A stretch of 64,000 nt of DNA from Burkholderiaceae bacterium (GTDB lineage Bacteria > Pseudomonadota > Gammaproteobacteria > Burkholderiales > Burkholderiaceae_C): NCBI GenBank assembly GCA_040080605.1, contig JBEBIB010000002.1, positions 123,124-187,123 on the forward strand, given 5' to 3'. Under the pieces are notes generated by a model. The model did not search any database, was not told the origin of the DNA, and saw nothing but the letters and a program-made list of their open reading frames with translations. The number at the start of each line of letters is the position of its first letter. The first letter of the stretch is position 1. Position numbers and translations under genes: made by a program. Of the stretch, positions 41,302 through 54,638 are shown piece after piece.

Positions 41302-42453
41302 ATGCGCTCAGTCATCGATCAACTGCCCGGCTCGAAGATCCGCGAGGTCGCTAACGCCGGCCTCGGCCGCAGCGACGTGCTGCCGTTCTGGTTCGGCGAG
41401 AGCGACGAGCCGACCCCGGCCTTCATCCGCGACGCCGCGATCCGCTCGCTGAACGAAGGCGAAACCTTCTACGCGCACAACCTCGGGCTGCCCGAACTGC
41501 GTGAAGCCTTGTCGCGCTACATCGGCACGCTGCACCGGCCGGTGAGCGCCGAGCGCATCGCCGTTACCTCGTCGGGCGTCAACGCGCTGATGCTGGCGAT
41601 GCAGGCGCTCGCCGGGCCGGGCGACGAGGTGGTGGCTGTCGTGCCGGTATGGCCGAATCTCACGGCGCAGCCGGCGATCCTCGGTGCCAGCGTCAAGCGG
41701 GTGTCGCTACAGGTGCGCGGCGGGGCGTGGCAGCTCGACATGGCTGCGTTGCTGGAAGCGGTCACGACGAAGACGAACGTGCTGCTCGTCAACGCCCCGA
41801 ACAACCCGACCGGCTGGACGCTGACGCGCGCCGAGCAGGAAACGATCCTCGCGCATTGCCGGAAAACCGGCACCTGGATCGTCGCCGACGAGGTCTACGA
41901 GCGGGTGTACTTCAAAGCCGGCGCGACGTGCGCACCGAGTTTTCTGGACATCGCCGATCCCGACGACCGGCTGGTCGTGGCGCACAGCTTCTCGAAGAGT
42001 TTCCTGATGACAGGCTGGCGCCTGGGCTGGCTCGTGATGCCGCCGGTGCTGGTGCCCGCAATGGGCAAGCTGATCGAGTTCAACACTTCGTGCGCGCCGG
42101 TCTTTGTGCAGCGCGCCGGGCTGGCGGCTTTGGCCGGCGCGGCCGACTTCGTGCCCGGGCTGGTGCAGCGCCTGCAGCACTGCCGCGACACCTTGTTGCC
42201 GCAGCTGGCCGCCTTGCCCGGCGTGCAGGTCGCCACGCCCGAAGGTGGCATGTACGCTTTCTTCCGCGTCGAGGGCCAGGACGATTCGCTGTCCTTCGCC
42301 AAGCGCCTCGTGATCGAAGCCGGACTCGGCCTGGCGCCCGGTGCCGCTTTCGGTGACGAGGCCGAAGGCTGGCTGCGCTGGTGCTTCGCGTCCAACGACC
42401 CTAAGCGGCTGACGCTCGGGGTCGAGCGGCTGAAACGCTTCCTCAGTCTATAA
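41302..42453 (+). CDS. PLP-dependent aminotransferase class I/II
   Basis: FWFGESD, YAHNLGLPELRE, NAPNNPTG, DEVY, SFSKSFLMTGWRLG. Confidence 0.9.
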   Translation: MRSVIDQLPGSKIREVANAGLGRSDVLPFWFGESDEPTPAFIRDAAIRSLNEGETFYAHNLGLPELREALSRYIGTLHRPVSAERIAVTSSGVNALMLAMQALAGPGDEVVAVVPVWPNLTAQPAILGASVKRVSLQVRGGAWQLDMAALLEAVTTKTNVLLVNAPNNPTGWTLTRAEQETILAHCRKTGTWIVADEVYERVYFKAGATCAPSFLDIADPDDRLVVAHSFSKSFLMTGWRLGWLVMPPVLVPAMGKLIEFNTSCAPVFVQRAGLAALAGAADFVPGLVQRLQHCRDTLLPQLAALPGVQVATPEGGMYAFFRVEGQDDSLSFAKRLVIEAGLGLAPGAAFGDEAEGWLRWCFASNDPKRLTLGVERLKRFLSL

Positions 42454-42630
42454 TCCGCAGGTTTTGCGCTTGGCGGGCGACCGTCGGACAAAAACAAGGC
42501 ACGCCACTGGTCGGTTTCACCGGTGTGCGCAAGTGGGCTCCACCGCGAGCATTATCGAAACCGTGGCATTCCTCCATCGAGCCTTCGTGGGCGGCAGGGT
42601 GACTCGGTTTCATTCAACTGGAAACGAGAA

Positions 42631-42900
42631 ATGTCCAACGCCACCATCGACAAGGCCGAGATCGTCAAGGCCAACGCGCGCAGCGCCAACGACACCGGGT
42701 CGCCGGAGGTCCAGGTCGCCATCCTGACCGCACGCATCAACGACCTGACGCCGCACTTCAAGGCCCACATGAAAGACCACCATGGTCGCCGTGGCCTGCT
42801 GAAGATGGTCAACCAGCGCAAGAGCCTGCTGGCTTACCTGAAAGACCGTGACGCCGTGCGTTACACCGCCCTGATCCAGAAGCTGGGTCTGCGCAAGTAA
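42631..42900 (+). CDS. rpsO: 30S ribosomal protein S15
   Basis: [32 protein letters not shown]. Confidence 0.98.
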   Translation: MSNATIDKAEIVKANARSANDTGSPEVQVAILTARINDLTPHFKAHMKDHHGRRGLLKMVNQRKSLLAYLKDRDAVRYTALIQKLGLRK

Positions 42901-42916
42901 TCAGCGATATCGAAAG

Positions 42917-42958
42917 AGAGCCTGTCTGGAATTCGCCAGCACAGGCTCTTCGTCTTTG
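42917..42958 (+). terminator. Hairpin/terminator between rpsO and pnp
   Basis: AGAGCCTGT-CTGG...CCAG-C-ACAGGCTCT then TCGTCTTTG. Confidence 0.6.
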
Positions 42959-43015
42959 GGGATGTGGCCCGTGGCTTCTCCCTGAAAGCGCTCCACAACC
43001 ACCGGAGACACCCGC

Positions 43016-45133
43016 ATGAGCATGTTCAAAAAAGTCAGCAAGACCTTCCAATGGGGTCAGCACACCGTCATTCTTGAAACCGGCGAGATCGCACGCCAGT
43101 CGGGCGGTGCCGTCATCGTCAACATCGAAGACACCGTGATCCTGGCGACCGTCGTCGCTGCCAAGAACCCGAAGCCGGGGCAGGACTTCTTCCCGCTGAC
43201 CGTCGACTACATCGAAAAAACCTACGCCGCCGGCAAGATCCCTGGCAGCTTCTTCAAGCGCGAAGGCCGCCCGAGCGAACTGGAAACGCTGACCTCGCGC
43301 CTGATCGACCGCCCGCTGCGCCCGCTGTTCCCTGAAGGCTTCTACAACGAAGTGCAGGTCGTGGTGCACGTGCTGTCGCTGAACCCGGAAGTCTCGGCCG
43401 ACATCGCCGCGCTGATCGGCTCGTCCGCCGCATTGGCCATCTCCGGCATCCCGTTCAACGGCCCGATCGGCGCCGCGCGCGTCGGCTACATCAACGGCGA
43501 ATACGTGCTGAACCCGGGCAAGACCCAGCTGCTCGATTCGAAGATGGACCTGATCGTGGCCGGCACCGAAGCCGCCGTGTTGATGGTCGAGAGCGAAGCC
43601 CAGCAACTGTCCGAAGAGATCATGCTCGGCGGCATCGTGTTCGGCCAGCAGCAAAGCAACATCGCGATCAACGCGATCCACGAGCTGGTGCGTGACGCCG
43701 GCAAGCCGGCCTGGGAATGGGCTGCGCCCGCCAAGGACGAAGCGTTCATCGGCAAGGTCACGGCTCTCGCCGAAGGCCCGCTGCGCGCCGCTTACCAGAT
43801 CCGCTCGAAGCAGGCCCGCACCCACGCCACGCGTGACGTGACGGCCGCGACCATCGCCGCGCTGAAGGGCGACAACATCGAGTTCGACAAGGTCAACCTC
43901 GAGAACGTGCTGTTCGAGATCGAAGCGCGCATCGTGCGCGGCCAGATCCTCTCGGGCGAGCCGCGCATCGACGGCCGCGACACCCGCACCGTGCGTGACA
44001 TCGAGATCCGCAACAGCGTGCTGCCGCGCGCCCACGGTTCTTCGCTGTTCACGCGTGGCGAAACGCAGGCGCTGGCCGTGGCCACGCTCGGCACCGCACG
44101 CGACGCGCAGCGCATCGACGCGCTCTCGGGCGAGTTCACCGAGCACTTCATGCTGCACTACAACATGCCCCCGTTCGCCACCGGCGAAACCGGGCGCGTG
44201 GGCACGCCCAAGCGCCGCGAGATCGGCCACGGCCGTCTGGCCAAGCGCGCGCTGGTCGCGGTGCTGCCGAGCCAGGCCGACTTCCCGTACTCGATGCGCG
44301 TGGTCTCCGAGATCACCGAGTCGAACGGTTCGTCGTCGATGGCGTCGGTCTGCGGTGGGTGCCTCGCTTTGATGGATGCCGGTGTTCCGCTGAAGGCGCA
44401 CGTGGCCGGCATCGCGATGGGCCTGATCAAGGACGGCAGCCGCTTCGCCGTGCTGACCGACATCCTCGGTGACGAAGATCACCTCGGCGACATGGACTTC
44501 AAGGTCGCCGGCACGACCGCCGGCGTGACCGCGCTGCAGATGGACATCAAGATCCAGGGCATCACGAAGGAAATCATGCAGGTCGCCCTGGCGCAGGCCA
44601 AGGAAGCGCGCCTGCACATCCTCGGCAAGATGACCGAAGTGATGGGCAGCGCGAACACCGAGGTCTCGCAGTTCGCCCCGCGCCTGTACACGATGAAGAT
44701 CAACCCGGAAAAGATCCGCGACATCATCGGCAAGGGCGGCGCCACGATCCGTGCGCTGACCGAAGAAACCGGCTGCACGATCGACATCGGCGAAGACGGC
44801 ACGATCACGATCGCGTCGACCGATGCCGGCAAGGCCGAGAACGCCAAGAAGCGCATCGCCGAGATCACCGCTGAAGTCGAGATCGGCAAGGTCTACGAAG
44901 GCCCGATCACGAAGATCCTCGACTTCGGCGCGCTCGTGAACCTGATGCCCGGCAAGGATGGTCTGCTGCACATCAGCCAGATCGCGCACCAGCGTGTCGA
45001 GAAGGTCACCGACTTCCTGAAGGAAGGCCAGATCGTCAAGGTCAAGGTGCTCGAGACCGACGAGAAGGGCCGCGTCAAGCTGTCGATGAAGGCGCTGATC
45101 GACCGCGATCAACAGCCGCCGCATCAGGACTGA
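43016..45133 (+). CDS. pnp: Polyribonucleotide nucleotidyltransferase
   Basis: [37 protein letters not shown] and S1 domains. Confidence 0.98.
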   Translation: MSMFKKVSKTFQWGQHTVILETGEIARQSGGAVIVNIEDTVILATVVAAKNPKPGQDFFPLTVDYIEKTYAAGKIPGSFFKREGRPSELETLTSRLIDRPLRPLFPEGFYNEVQVVVHVLSLNPEVSADIAALIGSSAALAISGIPFNGPIGAARVGYINGEYVLNPGKTQLLDSKMDLIVAGTEAAVLMVESEAQQLSEEIMLGGIVFGQQQSNIAINAIHELVRDAGKPAWEWAAPAKDEAFIGKVTALAEGPLRAAYQIRSKQARTHATRDVTAATIAALKGDNIEFDKVNLENVLFEIEARIVRGQILSGEPRIDGRDTRTVRDIEIRNSVLPRAHGSSLFTRGETQALAVATLGTARDAQRIDALSGEFTEHFMLHYNMPPFATGETGRVGTPKRREIGHGRLAKRALVAVLPSQADFPYSMRVVSEITESNGSSSMASVCGGCLALMDAGVPLKAHVAGIAMGLIKDGSRFAVLTDILGDEDHLGDMDFKVAGTTAGVTALQMDIKIQGITKEIMQVALAQAKEARLHILGKMTEVMGSANTEVSQFAPRLYTMKINPEKIRDIIGKGGATIRALTEETGCTIDIGEDGTITIASTDAGKAENAKKRIAEITAEVEIGKVYEGPITKILDFGALVNLMPGKDGLLHISQIAHQRVEKVTDFLKEGQIVKVKVLETDEKGRVKLSMKALIDRDQQPPHQD

Positions 45134-45209
45134 TTCCGGGTGTGATCCCGCGTCTGCGCCCGCTTCGGGCGCGGCGCGGTGCATGTTCAAAACCCTGGAG
45201 GTTCACCCC

Positions 45210-46196
45210 ATGAAGGCAATCGAGATCACGACGTTTGGCGCCCCCGAGGTGCTGGTCGCCACCGAGCGGCCGGCACCGGTGGCGGGTGCAGGCGAGGTGC
45301 TGATTCGCGTCGCCGCGGCCGGTGTCAACCGGCCCGACGTGTTGCAGCGCAAAGGTTTGTACCCGGTGCCGCCGGGCGCGTCGGACTTGCCCGGCCTCGA
45401 AGTGGCGGGTGTCATCGAATCGGGTGACGCTGCTGCGCTGGCCGAGGCGGGTCTGAAGGTCGGCGACCGCGTTTGTGCGTTGGTCGCCGGCGGCGGATAC
45501 GCTGAGCTCTGCGTGGCACCCATCGGTCAATGCCTGCCAGTACCGGCAGGCCTGAGCGACATCGAAGCGGCGAGCCTGCCGGAAACCTTCTTCACCGTCT
45601 GGTCGAACGTGTTCGACCGGGCGCGTCTGCAACCGGGCGAGACCTTGTTGATCCAGGGAGGCACGAGCGGTATCGGCGTGACCGCGATCCAGCTGGCGAA
45701 AGCGGCCGGTGCTGTCGTGATCGCCACCGCCGGCAGCGACGAGAAGTGCGCCGCCTGCGTCCAGCTCGGCGCCGACCACGCGATCAATTACCGTGACCTC
45801 GACTTCATCGAAGAGGTCAAGCGCATCACGGCCGGCAAGGGTGTCGACGTGGTGCTCGACATGGTCGCGGGCGCCTACGTGGCGCGCGAGATCAAGTGCC
45901 TGGCCGAAGACGGCCGCATCGTGATCATCGCGGTGCAGGGCGGTGTCGAATCGCAGATCGACGCCGGCCTCGTGCTGCGCAAGCGACTCGTCATCACTGG
46001 TTCGACGCTTCGCCCGCGCCCGGTGTCGTTCAAGACCGCCATCGCCAAGTCGCTGCGCCAGAACGTGTGGCCCTGGCTCGAAGCCGGCCGCGTGAAACCG
46101 GTGATCTTCCAGGTGTTCCCGGCTGCGCAAGCGGCCGCCGCGCACACTTTGATGGAAACGAACCAGCACATCGGCAAGCTCGTGCTGGTGTGGTGA
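45210..46196 (+). CDS. NAD(P)H-quinone oxidoreductase (PIG3/MDR family)
   Basis: [39 protein letters not shown]; GGAG RBS. Confidence 0.9.
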   Translation: MKAIEITTFGAPEVLVATERPAPVAGAGEVLIRVAAAGVNRPDVLQRKGLYPVPPGASDLPGLEVAGVIESGDAAALAEAGLKVGDRVCALVAGGGYAELCVAPIGQCLPVPAGLSDIEAASLPETFFTVWSNVFDRARLQPGETLLIQGGTSGIGVTAIQLAKAAGAVVIATAGSDEKCAACVQLGADHAINYRDLDFIEEVKRITAGKGVDVVLDMVAGAYVAREIKCLAEDGRIVIIAVQGGVESQIDAGLVLRKRLVITGSTLRPRPVSFKTAIAKSLRQNVWPWLEAGRVKPVIFQVFPAAQAAAAHTLMETNQHIGKLVLVW

Positions 46197-46219
46197 GCAT
46201 TCAATCGGAACCACATTCG

Positions 46220-46960
46220 ATGCCTCGCAAACTCGTCGTCGGCAACTGGAAGATGAACGGCAGCCGTGCGGCCAATGCCGAACTGCTGGCTGCGCTGAAA
46301 GCTGCAGGGCCGTGGGTGGCCGAGGTGGCGGTGTGCGCGCCGGCCGTTTACCTCGGCGACGTGGCCTTGTCGCTGCAGGGCGAAGACATCAAGTGGGGCG
46401 CGCAGGACTGCTCGGCGTTCGAGTCGGGCGCCTACACCGGCGAAATGTCTGCCGCGATGCTGGCCGAATTCGGTTGCCGGTACGTGCTGGCGGGCCATTC
46501 GGAGCGCCGGGCGATGCATGGCGAATCGGATCAACTGGTGGCCGACAAGGCGAAGGCCGCGCTGGCGCATCGGCTCACGCCGATCGTGTGCGTCGGCGAA
46601 ACCTTGGCAGAGCGCGAGGCGGGCCAGACCGATGCCGTGGTCAAGCGCCAGCTCTCGGCCGTGATCCACACGCTCGCGCACTGCATCTCGCAGATCGTCG
46701 TGGCTTACGAACCGGTCTGGGCCATCGGCACCGGCAAGACGGCCTCGCCGGAACAGGCGCAAGCCGTGCACGCGCTGCTGCGCGCGCAACTCAAGGCCGC
46801 GACCGAGCACGCGGCCGACATGAAGATCCTCTACGGTGGCAGCGTCAAGGCCGACAACGCCGGCGTGCTGTTCGCGCAGCCCGACATCGACGGCGGCCTG
46901 ATCGGTGGGGCCTCGTTGAAGGCCGCCGACTTCGCCGCCATCTGCCGCGCGGCGGGCTGA
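46220..46960 (+). CDS. tpiA: Triosephosphate isomerase
   Basis: [33 protein letters not shown]. Confidence 0.98.
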   Translation: MPRKLVVGNWKMNGSRAANAELLAALKAAGPWVAEVAVCAPAVYLGDVALSLQGEDIKWGAQDCSAFESGAYTGEMSAAMLAEFGCRYVLAGHSERRAMHGESDQLVADKAKAALAHRLTPIVCVGETLAEREAGQTDAVVKRQLSAVIHTLAHCISQIVVAYEPVWAIGTGKTASPEQAQAVHALLRAQLKAATEHAADMKILYGGSVKADNAGVLFAQPDIDGGLIGGASLKAADFAAICRAAG

Positions 46961-46988
46961 TCAAAACAATATTTTCGGAGTCGAAGAA

Positions 46989-47402
46989 ATGAACTTGCTG
47001 TTGAACCTGGTGGTGGCGTTGCAGATCATTGCAGCGCTGGTGATGATCGGCCTCGTGCTCATCCAGCACGGCAAAGGTGCCGACATGGGCGCGTCGTTCG
47101 GCAGTGGTGCGTCGGGCAGCCTCTTTGGTGCGACCGGAAGCGCGAACTTCATGTCGCGCTCGACGGCGGTGTGCGCTGCCGTGTTCTTCGCCTGCACCCT
47201 GGCCTTGGCCTACTTCTCGAACGACCGTGCCCGCCCTGCAACGGGCAGCGTTCTCGACCGCCCTGCGGCGAGTGCGCCCGCTGCGAGCGTGCCGGCCACC
47301 GGGGCTGCGCTGATCCCTGGTGCAGCGAGTGCACCGGCCGCAGCCACGCCGCCGGCACCGGTCGTCCCTGCATCAGGCGCAGGCGCCGTTCCGGCGAAAT
47401 GA
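46989..47402 (+). CDS. secG: Preprotein translocase subunit SecG with Ala/Pro-rich tail
   Basis: VLIQHGKGADMGASFGSGASGSLFG, two TMs. Confidence 0.95.
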   Translation: MNLLLNLVVALQIIAALVMIGLVLIQHGKGADMGASFGSGASGSLFGATGSANFMSRSTAVCAAVFFACTLALAYFSNDRARPATGSVLDRPAASAPAASVPATGAALIPGAASAPAAATPPAPVVPASGAGAVPAK

Positions 47403-47575
47403 CGCACCGCGCCTGAGGCGCGTCAATCAGCGGCTGTCACAGGGGGCGTGACAGCGTTGTTGCGGTGCAGCGAACTCGCTGGATCGCACGACCTTTGTGG
47501 TTAGAATCTCCTGCTGTTTGGTAAGCAAATTCCTCACGCAAACCAGACAGGAATCGGACAGACAGCGAGTGCTAG

Positions 47576-47660
47576 GCCGTCGTGGTGAAATTGGTAGACA
47601 CGCTATCTTGAGGGGGTAGTGGCGAAAGCTGTGCGAGTTCGAGTCTCGCCGACGGCACCA
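47576..47660 (+). tRNA. tRNA-Leu (anticodon GAG)
   Basis: Acceptor GCCGTCG/CGACGGC, D-arm GTGAAATTGGTAGAC, anticodon stem CTATC/GGTAG loop TTGAGGG, long variable arm, GTTCGAG T-loop, CCA end. Confidence 0.97.
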
Positions 47661-47743
47661 ACAAATTTTTTCCGGCTCGTCGTCATATCGGCCGGCCGGA
47701 AAAGCTCCAGCCCAAGCACGCTTTCGCAGGCGTGCGAGAAAAC

Positions 47744-48103
47744 ATGAATCTGGAACCTTACCTGCCCGTCATCCTGTTCATCCTGATCGGTGCAGCAGTG
47801 GGAGTGGCGCCGCAGGTTCTCGGGTTCGTGCTCGGGCCAAACCGGCCCGACAAGGCCAAGAACTCGCCGTACGAGTGCGGCTTCGAAGCATTCGAAGACG
47901 CGCGCATGAAGTTCGACGTGCGCTACTACCTCGTCGCCATCCTCTTCATTCTTTTCGACCTGGAAATCGCGTTCCTCTTCCCCTGGGCGGTGTCGCTCAA
48001 GGAGATCGGGCCGACCGGCTTCTGGGCCATGATGATTTTCCTGGGCATTCTTGTCGTCGGCTTCGCCTACGAGTGGAAAAAGGGTGCACTCGATTGGGAA
48101 TGA
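47744..48103 (+). CDS. nuoA: NADH-quinone oxidoreductase subunit A
   Basis: [26 protein letters not shown]. Confidence 0.97.
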   Translation: MNLEPYLPVILFILIGAAVGVAPQVLGFVLGPNRPDKAKNSPYECGFEAFEDARMKFDVRYYLVAILFILFDLEIAFLFPWAVSLKEIGPTGFWAMMIFLGILVVGFAYEWKKGALDWE

Positions 48104-48118
48104 CCAGAGAGCATCACG

Positions 48119-48594
<476 letters not shown>

Positions 48595-48595
<1 letters not shown>

Positions 48596-49191
48596 TGAGC
48601 AAACTCGATACATTGCAGGCGGCGCTCGGCTCGGTGCTCGGCGAACGCGTCAAGACATTGGTGCGCGACCGTGGCGAGATCACGATCACGGTCGCTGCTT
48701 CCGACTACACCACTGTGGCGCTCGCGTTGCGCGACCACGCCGAACTCAAGTTCGAGCAGCTGATCGACATCTGCGGTGTCGATTACTCGGCGTACAAGGA
48801 TCAACCCTGGGAAGGCGCACGCTTCTGCGCCGTCTCGCACCTGCTCTCGGTCACGCACAACTGGCGCCTGCGCCTGAAGTCGTTCTGCCCCGACGACGAC
48901 GTGCCGGTGATCGACTCGCTGACGGAAGTGTGGAGCTCGGCCAACTGGTTCGAGCGCGAAGCCTTCGACCTCTACGGCATCATCTTCGAAGGCCACCTCG
49001 ACCTGCGCCGCATCCTCACCGACTACGGCTTCATCGGCCACCCGTTCCGCAAGGACTTCCCGACGTCCGGGCACGTCGAGATGCGCTACGACGCCGAGCA
49101 GAAACGCGTGATCTACCAGCCGGTGACGATCGAGCCGCGCGAGATCACGCCGCGCATCATCCGCGAAGACAACTACGGCGGCTTGCACTGA
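48595..49191 (+). CDS. nuoC: NADH-quinone oxidoreductase subunit C
   Basis: [32 protein letters not shown]. Confidence 0.97.
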
Positions 49192-49192
49192 C

Positions 49193-50446
49193 ATGGCCGA
49201 CATCAAGAACTACACGCTCAACTTCGGCCCGCAGCACCCGGCCGCGCACGGTGTGCTGCGCCTCGTGCTCGAACTCGACGGCGAAGTGATCCAGCGCGCC
49301 GACCCGCACATCGGCCTCTTGCACCGCGCGACCGAGAAGCTCGCCGAGAGCAAGACCTTCATCCAGTCGCTGCCTTACATGGACCGTCTCGACTACGTGT
49401 CGATGATGTGCAACGAGCACGCCTACTGCCTGGCGATCGAGAAGCTGCTCGGGGTCGACGTGCCGGTGCGCGCGCAGTACATCCGCGTGATGTTCAGCGA
49501 GATCACCCGCCTGCTGAACCACCTGATGTGGCTCGGCGCGCATGGTCTCGACTGCGGTGCGATGAACGTCTTCATCTACTGCTTCCGCGAGCGTGAAGAC
49601 CTGTTCGACATGTACGAAGCGGCCTCGGGCGCGCGCATGCACGCCGCCTACTTCCGCCCGGGCGGCGTGTACCGCGACCTGCCCGACGTGATGCCGCAGT
49701 ACAAGGCCTCGAAGATCCGCAACACCAAGGCGATCTCGGCATTGAACGAGAACCGCCAGGGTTCGCTGCTCGACTTCATCGACGACTTCGTCGCGCGTTT
49801 CCCGAAGTGCGTGGACGACTACGAAACGCTGCTGACCGACAACCGCATCTGGAAGCAGCGCACCGTCGGCATCGGCGTGGTCACGCCCGAGCGCGCGCTG
49901 AACCTCGGCTTCACCGGCCCGATGTTGCGTGGCTCCGGCATCTTGTGGGACCTGCGCAAGCACCAGCCCTACGACGTCTACGACCAGATGGATTTCGACA
50001 TTCCGCTCGGTGTGAATGGCGACACCTACGACCGTTACCTGGTGCGCGTGGAAGAGATGCGGCAGTCGAATCGCATCATCAAGCAGTGCGTCGACTGGCT
50101 GCGCGCCAACGACGGCCCGGTGATCACGAGCAACCACAAGGTGGCTCCGCCTTCGAGGCTCGACATGAAGTCGGGCATGGAAGACCTGATCCACCACTTC
50201 AAGCTCTTCACCGAAGGTTTCCACGTGCCCGAAGGCGAGGCCTACGCGGCGGTCGAGCACCCGAAGGGCGAGTTCGGCATCTACATCGTCAGCGATGGTG
50301 CGAACAAGCCGTACCGGCTGAAGATCCGCCCGCCCGGCTTCCCGCACCTCGCCGCACTCGACGAGATGGCGCGTGGCCACATGATCGCCGACGCGGTCGC
50401 CGTGATCGGCACGATGGACATTGTGTTTGGAGAGATCGACCGGTGA
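49193..50446 (+). CDS. nuoD: NADH-quinone oxidoreductase subunit D
   Basis: [34 protein letters not shown]. Confidence 0.98.
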   Translation: MADIKNYTLNFGPQHPAAHGVLRLVLELDGEVIQRADPHIGLLHRATEKLAESKTFIQSLPYMDRLDYVSMMCNEHAYCLAIEKLLGVDVPVRAQYIRVMFSEITRLLNHLMWLGAHGLDCGAMNVFIYCFREREDLFDMYEAASGARMHAAYFRPGGVYRDLPDVMPQYKASKIRNTKAISALNENRQGSLLDFIDDFVARFPKCVDDYETLLTDNRIWKQRTVGIGVVTPERALNLGFTGPMLRGSGILWDLRKHQPYDVYDQMDFDIPLGVNGDTYDRYLVRVEEMRQSNRIIKQCVDWLRANDGPVITSNHKVAPPSRLDMKSGMEDLIHHFKLFTEGFHVPEGEAYAAVEHPKGEFGIYIVSDGANKPYRLKIRPPGFPHLAALDEMARGHMIADAVAVIGTMDIVFGEIDR

Positions 50447-50943
50447 GCGCTCACGTGATGATTTCCGACGCGACCCGCGCGCGCTTCGACAAGGAAGTGG
50501 CCAAGTACCCGGCCGACCAGAAGCAGTCGGCCGTGATGGCGTGCCTGGCGATCGTGCAGCAGGAGCAGGGCTTCGTGTCGGGCGAGAGCGAGAGACTCGT
50601 TGCCGAGTACCTGGGCATGCCGCCGATCGCGGTGCACGAGGTCACGACTTTCTACAACATGTACAACCAGCACGCGCTCGGGAAGTACAAGTTCAACGTC
50701 TGTACCAACCTGCCGTGCCAGCTGCGCAACGGCCAGGAAGCGCTCAACCACCTGTGCTCGCGCCTCGGCGTGGAAGAGGGCGGCACGACCGCCGACGGCA
50801 TGTTCACGGTGCAGAAGAGCGAATGCCTCGGTGCCTGCGCCGACGCGCCGGTGCTGCTGATCAACGACCGCCAGATGGTCAGCTTCATGAACAACGCGCG
50901 GCTCGACGAACTTCTCGCGACATTGAAGGCACACGCCGCATGA
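50443..50943 (+). CDS. nuoE: NADH-quinone oxidoreductase subunit E
   Basis: TFYNMY, CTNLPC, ECLGAC; start GTG 50443 or ATG 50458. Confidence 0.95.
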   Translation: MSAHVMISDATRARFDKEVAKYPADQKQSAVMACLAIVQQEQGFVSGESERLVAEYLGMPPIAVHEVTTFYNMYNQHALGKYKFNVCTNLPCQLRNGQEALNHLCSRLGVEEGGTTADGMFTVQKSECLGACADAPVLLINDRQMVSFMNNARLDELLATLKAHAA

Positions 50944-52304
50944 ACACGCTGCCCGACCTTTCCAGATTCCAGGCCAGCGGCAACGAAACCTGCTTTCACG
51001 GCCGCCACATCGGCGCGCAGATCTATGACGGCCTCGACGGCAAGAACTGGCGCCTGAAGGACTACGAAGCACGCGGTGGTTACCAAGCGCTGCGCAAGAT
51101 CCTCGCGCAAGGCGAGGTGGACGGCAAACCGCTGGGCATGACGGCCGACCAGGTCATCGCCGAAGTCAAGACCTCCGGCTTGCGCGGCCGCGGCGGCGCC
51201 GGTTTCCCGACCGGCCTGAAGTGGAGCTTCATGCCGCGCATGTTCCCCGGCGCGAAGTACCTCGTCTGCAATTCCGACGAAGGCGAGCCCGGCACCTGCA
51301 AGGACCGCGACATCCTGATGTTCAACCCGCACATCGTCATCGAAGGCATGGCGATCGCGGCGTATGCGATGGGCATCAAGGTCGGCTACAACTACATCCA
51401 CGGCGAGATCTTCGAAGGCTACGAACGTTTCGAAGAAGCGCTGGAAGAAGCCCGCGCCGCCGGTTACCTCGGCGACAACCTGCTCGGTTCGACCTTCAGC
51501 TTCCAGCTGCACGCAGCCCACGGTTTCGGCGCCTACATCTGCGGCGAAGAAACGGCATTGCTCGAATCGCTCGAAGGCAAGAAGGGCCAGCCGCGCTTCA
51601 AGCCGCCGTTCCCGGCCAGCTACGGCCTGTACGGCAAGCCGACCACGATCAACAACACCGAAACCTTCGCGGCCGTGCCGTGGATCATTCGGAACGGCGG
51701 CGCGCCCTATCTCGAGATCGGCAAGCCGAACAACGGCGGCACGAAGATCTTCTCGGTCGTCGGCGACGTGCAGCGCCCCGGCAACTTCGAGGTGCCGTTG
51801 GGCACGCCGTTCTCGAAGCTGCTCGAACTCGCCGGCGGTGTGCGCGAAGGCCGCACGCTGAAGGCCGTGATCCCGGGCGGTTCGTCGTCGCCGGTGCTCA
51901 CCGCCGAGGTGATGATGAACACGACGATGGACTACGACGCGATCGCCAAGGCCGGCTCGATGCTCGGCTCCGGCGCGGTGATCGTGATGGACGACACCCG
52001 CTGCATGGTGAAGAGCCTGCTGCGCCTGTCGTACTTCTACATGCACGAAAGCTGCGGCCAGTGCACGCCCTGCCGCGAAGGCACGGGCTGGCTCTACCGC
52101 ATGGTCGAGCGCATCGCCGATGGCAAGGGCCGCATGGAAGACATCGACCTCTTGAACTCGGTGGCCGACAACATCCAGGGCCGTACCATCTGCGCCCTCG
52201 GCGACGCGGCGGCGATGCCGGTGCGCGCCATGATCAAGAACTTCCGCGACGAGTTCGTCCACCTCATCGAACACAAGACCGCCAAGGTGGCGGCGATGGC
52301 CTGA
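50940..52304 (+). CDS. nuoF: NADH-quinone oxidoreductase subunit F
   Basis: [37 protein letters not shown]. Confidence 0.98.
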   Translation: MNTLPDLSRFQASGNETCFHGRHIGAQIYDGLDGKNWRLKDYEARGGYQALRKILAQGEVDGKPLGMTADQVIAEVKTSGLRGRGGAGFPTGLKWSFMPRMFPGAKYLVCNSDEGEPGTCKDRDILMFNPHIVIEGMAIAAYAMGIKVGYNYIHGEIFEGYERFEEALEEARAAGYLGDNLLGSTFSFQLHAAHGFGAYICGEETALLESLEGKKGQPRFKPPFPASYGLYGKPTTINNTETFAAVPWIIRNGGAPYLEIGKPNNGGTKIFSVVGDVQRPGNFEVPLGTPFSKLLELAGGVREGRTLKAVIPGGSSSPVLTAEVMMNTTMDYDAIAKAGSMLGSGAVIVMDDTRCMVKSLLRLSYFYMHESCGQCTPCREGTGWLYRMVERIADGKGRMEDIDLLNSVADNIQGRTICALGDAAAMPVRAMIKNFRDEFVHLIEHKTAKVAAMA

Positions 52305-52306
52305 CC

Positions 52307-54631
52307 ATGATCGAAATCGAACTCGACGGGAAGAAGGTAGAGGTTGTCGAAGGCAGCATGATCATGCATGCAGCCGACAACGCCGGCACCTACATCCCGC
52401 ACTTCTGCTATCACAAGAAACTCAGCATCGCGGCCAACTGCCGCATGTGCCTGGTCGATGTGGAGAAGGCGCCGAAGCCCATGCCGGCCTGCGCCACGCC
52501 GGTCACGCAGGGCATGATCGTTCGCACCAAGAGTGCGAAGGCGCTGCAGGCCCAGAAGGGCGTGATGGAGTTCCTGCTCATCAACCACCCGCTCGACTGC
52601 CCGATTTGCGACCAGGGTGGCGAATGCCAGCTACAGGACCTGGCGGTCGGCTACGGTGCCTCGAGCACACGCTACAACGAAGAGAAGCGGGTCGTCTTCC
52701 ACAAGAACGTGGGCCCGCTGATCTCGATGGAAGAGATGAGCCGCTGCATCCATTGCACCCGCTGCGTGCGCTTCGGCCAGGAAGTGGCCGGCGTGATGGA
52801 GCTGGGCATGATCCACCGCGGCGAGCACTCCGAGATCACGACCATCCTCGGCGACACGATCGACTCGGAACTGTCGGGCAACATGATCGACGTGTGCCCG
52901 GTCGGTGCGCTCACGAGCAAGCCCTTCCGCTACAGCGCCCGCACCTGGGAGTTGTCGCGCCGCAAGAGCGTGAGCCCGCACGACAGCACGGGTGCGAACC
53001 TGATCGTCCAGGTCAAGAACAACCAGGTGATGCGTGTCGTTCCGCTCGAGAACGAAGACGTGAACGAATGCTGGATCGCCGACCGTGATCGTTTTTCCTA
53101 TGAAGCGCTGAACGGCCCGGAGCGTTTGACCGCGCCGATGGTCAAGCAGGGCGGTGAGTGGACCACCACCGACTGGCCGACCGCGCTCGAATACATCGCA
53201 CGCAGCCTGAAGCAGATCAAGGCCGACCATGGCGCCGCCAACATCGGCGCGCTCGGCTCGGCGCACAGCACCGTCGAAGAACTGCACCTGCTCGCCAAGC
53301 TCGTGCGTGGTCTCGGCAGCGAGAACATCGACCACCGCACGCGCCATGCCGACTTCAGCGCAGCGCAAGGTGTCCGTTGGCTCGGCACCTCGATCGCGTC
53401 GCTGTCGAACCTGCAGCGGGTACTGGTTGTCGGCTCCTTCCTGCGCAAGGACCACCCGCTGTTCGCCCAGCGCATCCGCCAAGCCGCGCGCAAGGGCGCC
53501 AAGGTGCACAGCATCAATGCCGCGCACGACGACTGGCTGATGCCGGTCGCGACCCAACTTTCGGCTGCACCGAGCCTGTGGGTGCAGGCACTGGCCGACG
53601 TGGCGGTCGCCGTGGCGCAAGCCAAGGGCACGAACGCGCCGTTGGCGGGCCAGGCAAGCGATGCCGCGCAAGCCATCGCCACCTCGCTGCTCAGCGGCGA
53701 GCGCAAGGCGGTTTTGCTCGGCAACGCGGTGGTGCAGCATCCGAACGCTTCTTCACTGCTGGCGCTGGCCAACTGGATCGGCGAACAGACCGGCGCGAGC
53801 GTCGGGTTCCTCACCGAAGCCGCGAACAGCGTCGGCGCGCAACTGGTGGGTGCGCTGCCCGGCAGCGGCGGCCTGAATGCCGGCCAGATGCTCGGTGCGG
53901 TCGCCGGTGGTGCGCTCAAGGCCTGCCTGCTGCTGAACCTGGAGCCCGCGCTGGACTCGCACAACGGCGCCGCTGCCAGCGCTGCCTTGAGCGCGATGAA
54001 CCTGGTCGTCGTGATGAGCCCGTTCAAGACCGCCGGCGCCGATGTGGCCGACGTGATGTTGCCGATCGCGCCGTTCACCGAAACCTCGGGCACCTTTGTC
54101 AACGCCGAAGGTCGCGTACAGAGTTTCCACGGCGTCGTGAAGCCGCTCGGCGACACCCGCCCGGCGTGGAAGCTGCTGCGGGTGCTGGGCAACATGCTCG
54201 ACCTGAAGGGCTTCGACTTCGAGACTTCTGAAGAGGTGCGCGCCGAAGCGCTCGGTGATGTCGCTTCGATTCCGGCGCGCCTGAACAATGCGGGTGGTGT
54301 GGCGGTGGCAGGCAATGTGTCGGGCGCTGCGCTCGAACGCATCGCCGATGTGCCGATCTACGCCACCGACTCGCTGGTGCGCCGCGCCACCTCGCTGCAG
54401 CTCACCGCCGATGCGCGCGCGCCGATGGCCAGCCTGCCTGCGGCCCTGTGGTCGCAGCTCGGCCTGAACGACGGCGACAAGGTGCGTGTCTCGCAAGGCG
54501 CGGCCATGGTCGTGCTCGGCGCCCGAGTCGACACCACGCTGGCCCTGGGCACCGTGCGCGTGCCCGCCGGGCACGAACACACCGCCATGCTCGGCGCGAT
54601 GTTCGGCGAACTCCGCGTCGAGAAAGCCTGA
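52307..54631 (+). CDS. nuoG: NADH-quinone oxidoreductase subunit G
   Basis: [36 protein letters not shown]. Confidence 0.97.
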   Translation: MIEIELDGKKVEVVEGSMIMHAADNAGTYIPHFCYHKKLSIAANCRMCLVDVEKAPKPMPACATPVTQGMIVRTKSAKALQAQKGVMEFLLINHPLDCPICDQGGECQLQDLAVGYGASSTRYNEEKRVVFHKNVGPLISMEEMSRCIHCTRCVRFGQEVAGVMELGMIHRGEHSEITTILGDTIDSELSGNMIDVCPVGALTSKPFRYSARTWELSRRKSVSPHDSTGANLIVQVKNNQVMRVVPLENEDVNECWIADRDRFSYEALNGPERLTAPMVKQGGEWTTTDWPTALEYIARSLKQIKADHGAANIGALGSAHSTVEELHLLAKLVRGLGSENIDHRTRHADFSAAQGVRWLGTSIASLSNLQRVLVVGSFLRKDHPLFAQRIRQAARKGAKVHSINAAHDDWLMPVATQLSAAPSLWVQALADVAVAVAQAKGTNAPLAGQASDAAQAIATSLLSGERKAVLLGNAVVQHPNASSLLALANWIGEQTGASVGFLTEAANSVGAQLVGALPGSGGLNAGQMLGAVAGGALKACLLLNLEPALDSHNGAAASAALSAMNLVVVMSPFKTAGADVADVMLPIAPFTETSGTFVNAEGRVQSFHGVVKPLGDTRPAWKLLRVLGNMLDLKGFDFETSEEVRAEALGDVASIPARLNNAGGVAVAGNVSGAALERIADVPIYATDSLVRRATSLQLTADARAPMASLPAALWSQLGLNDGDKVRVSQGAAMVVLGARVDTTLALGTVRVPAGHEHTAMLGAMFGELRVEKA

Positions 54632-54638
54632 GGCCGCG

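Noticed and set aside
42454-42630. S15 autoregulatory leader upstream of rpsO
   Set aside because: Plausible (TATAAT at 42449-42454, long leader) but I could not confidently map the structure; would need an Rfam/Infernal search
47576-47743. tRNA-Leu as an integration site
   Set aside because: Followed directly by nuoA in the usual secG-tRNA-nuo order; no integrase or duplicated tRNA 3' end
51221-54631. 1136-aa ORF suggesting a NuoF-NuoG fusion
   Set aside because: The N-terminal part is an alternative frame over nuoF; nuoG starts at 52307
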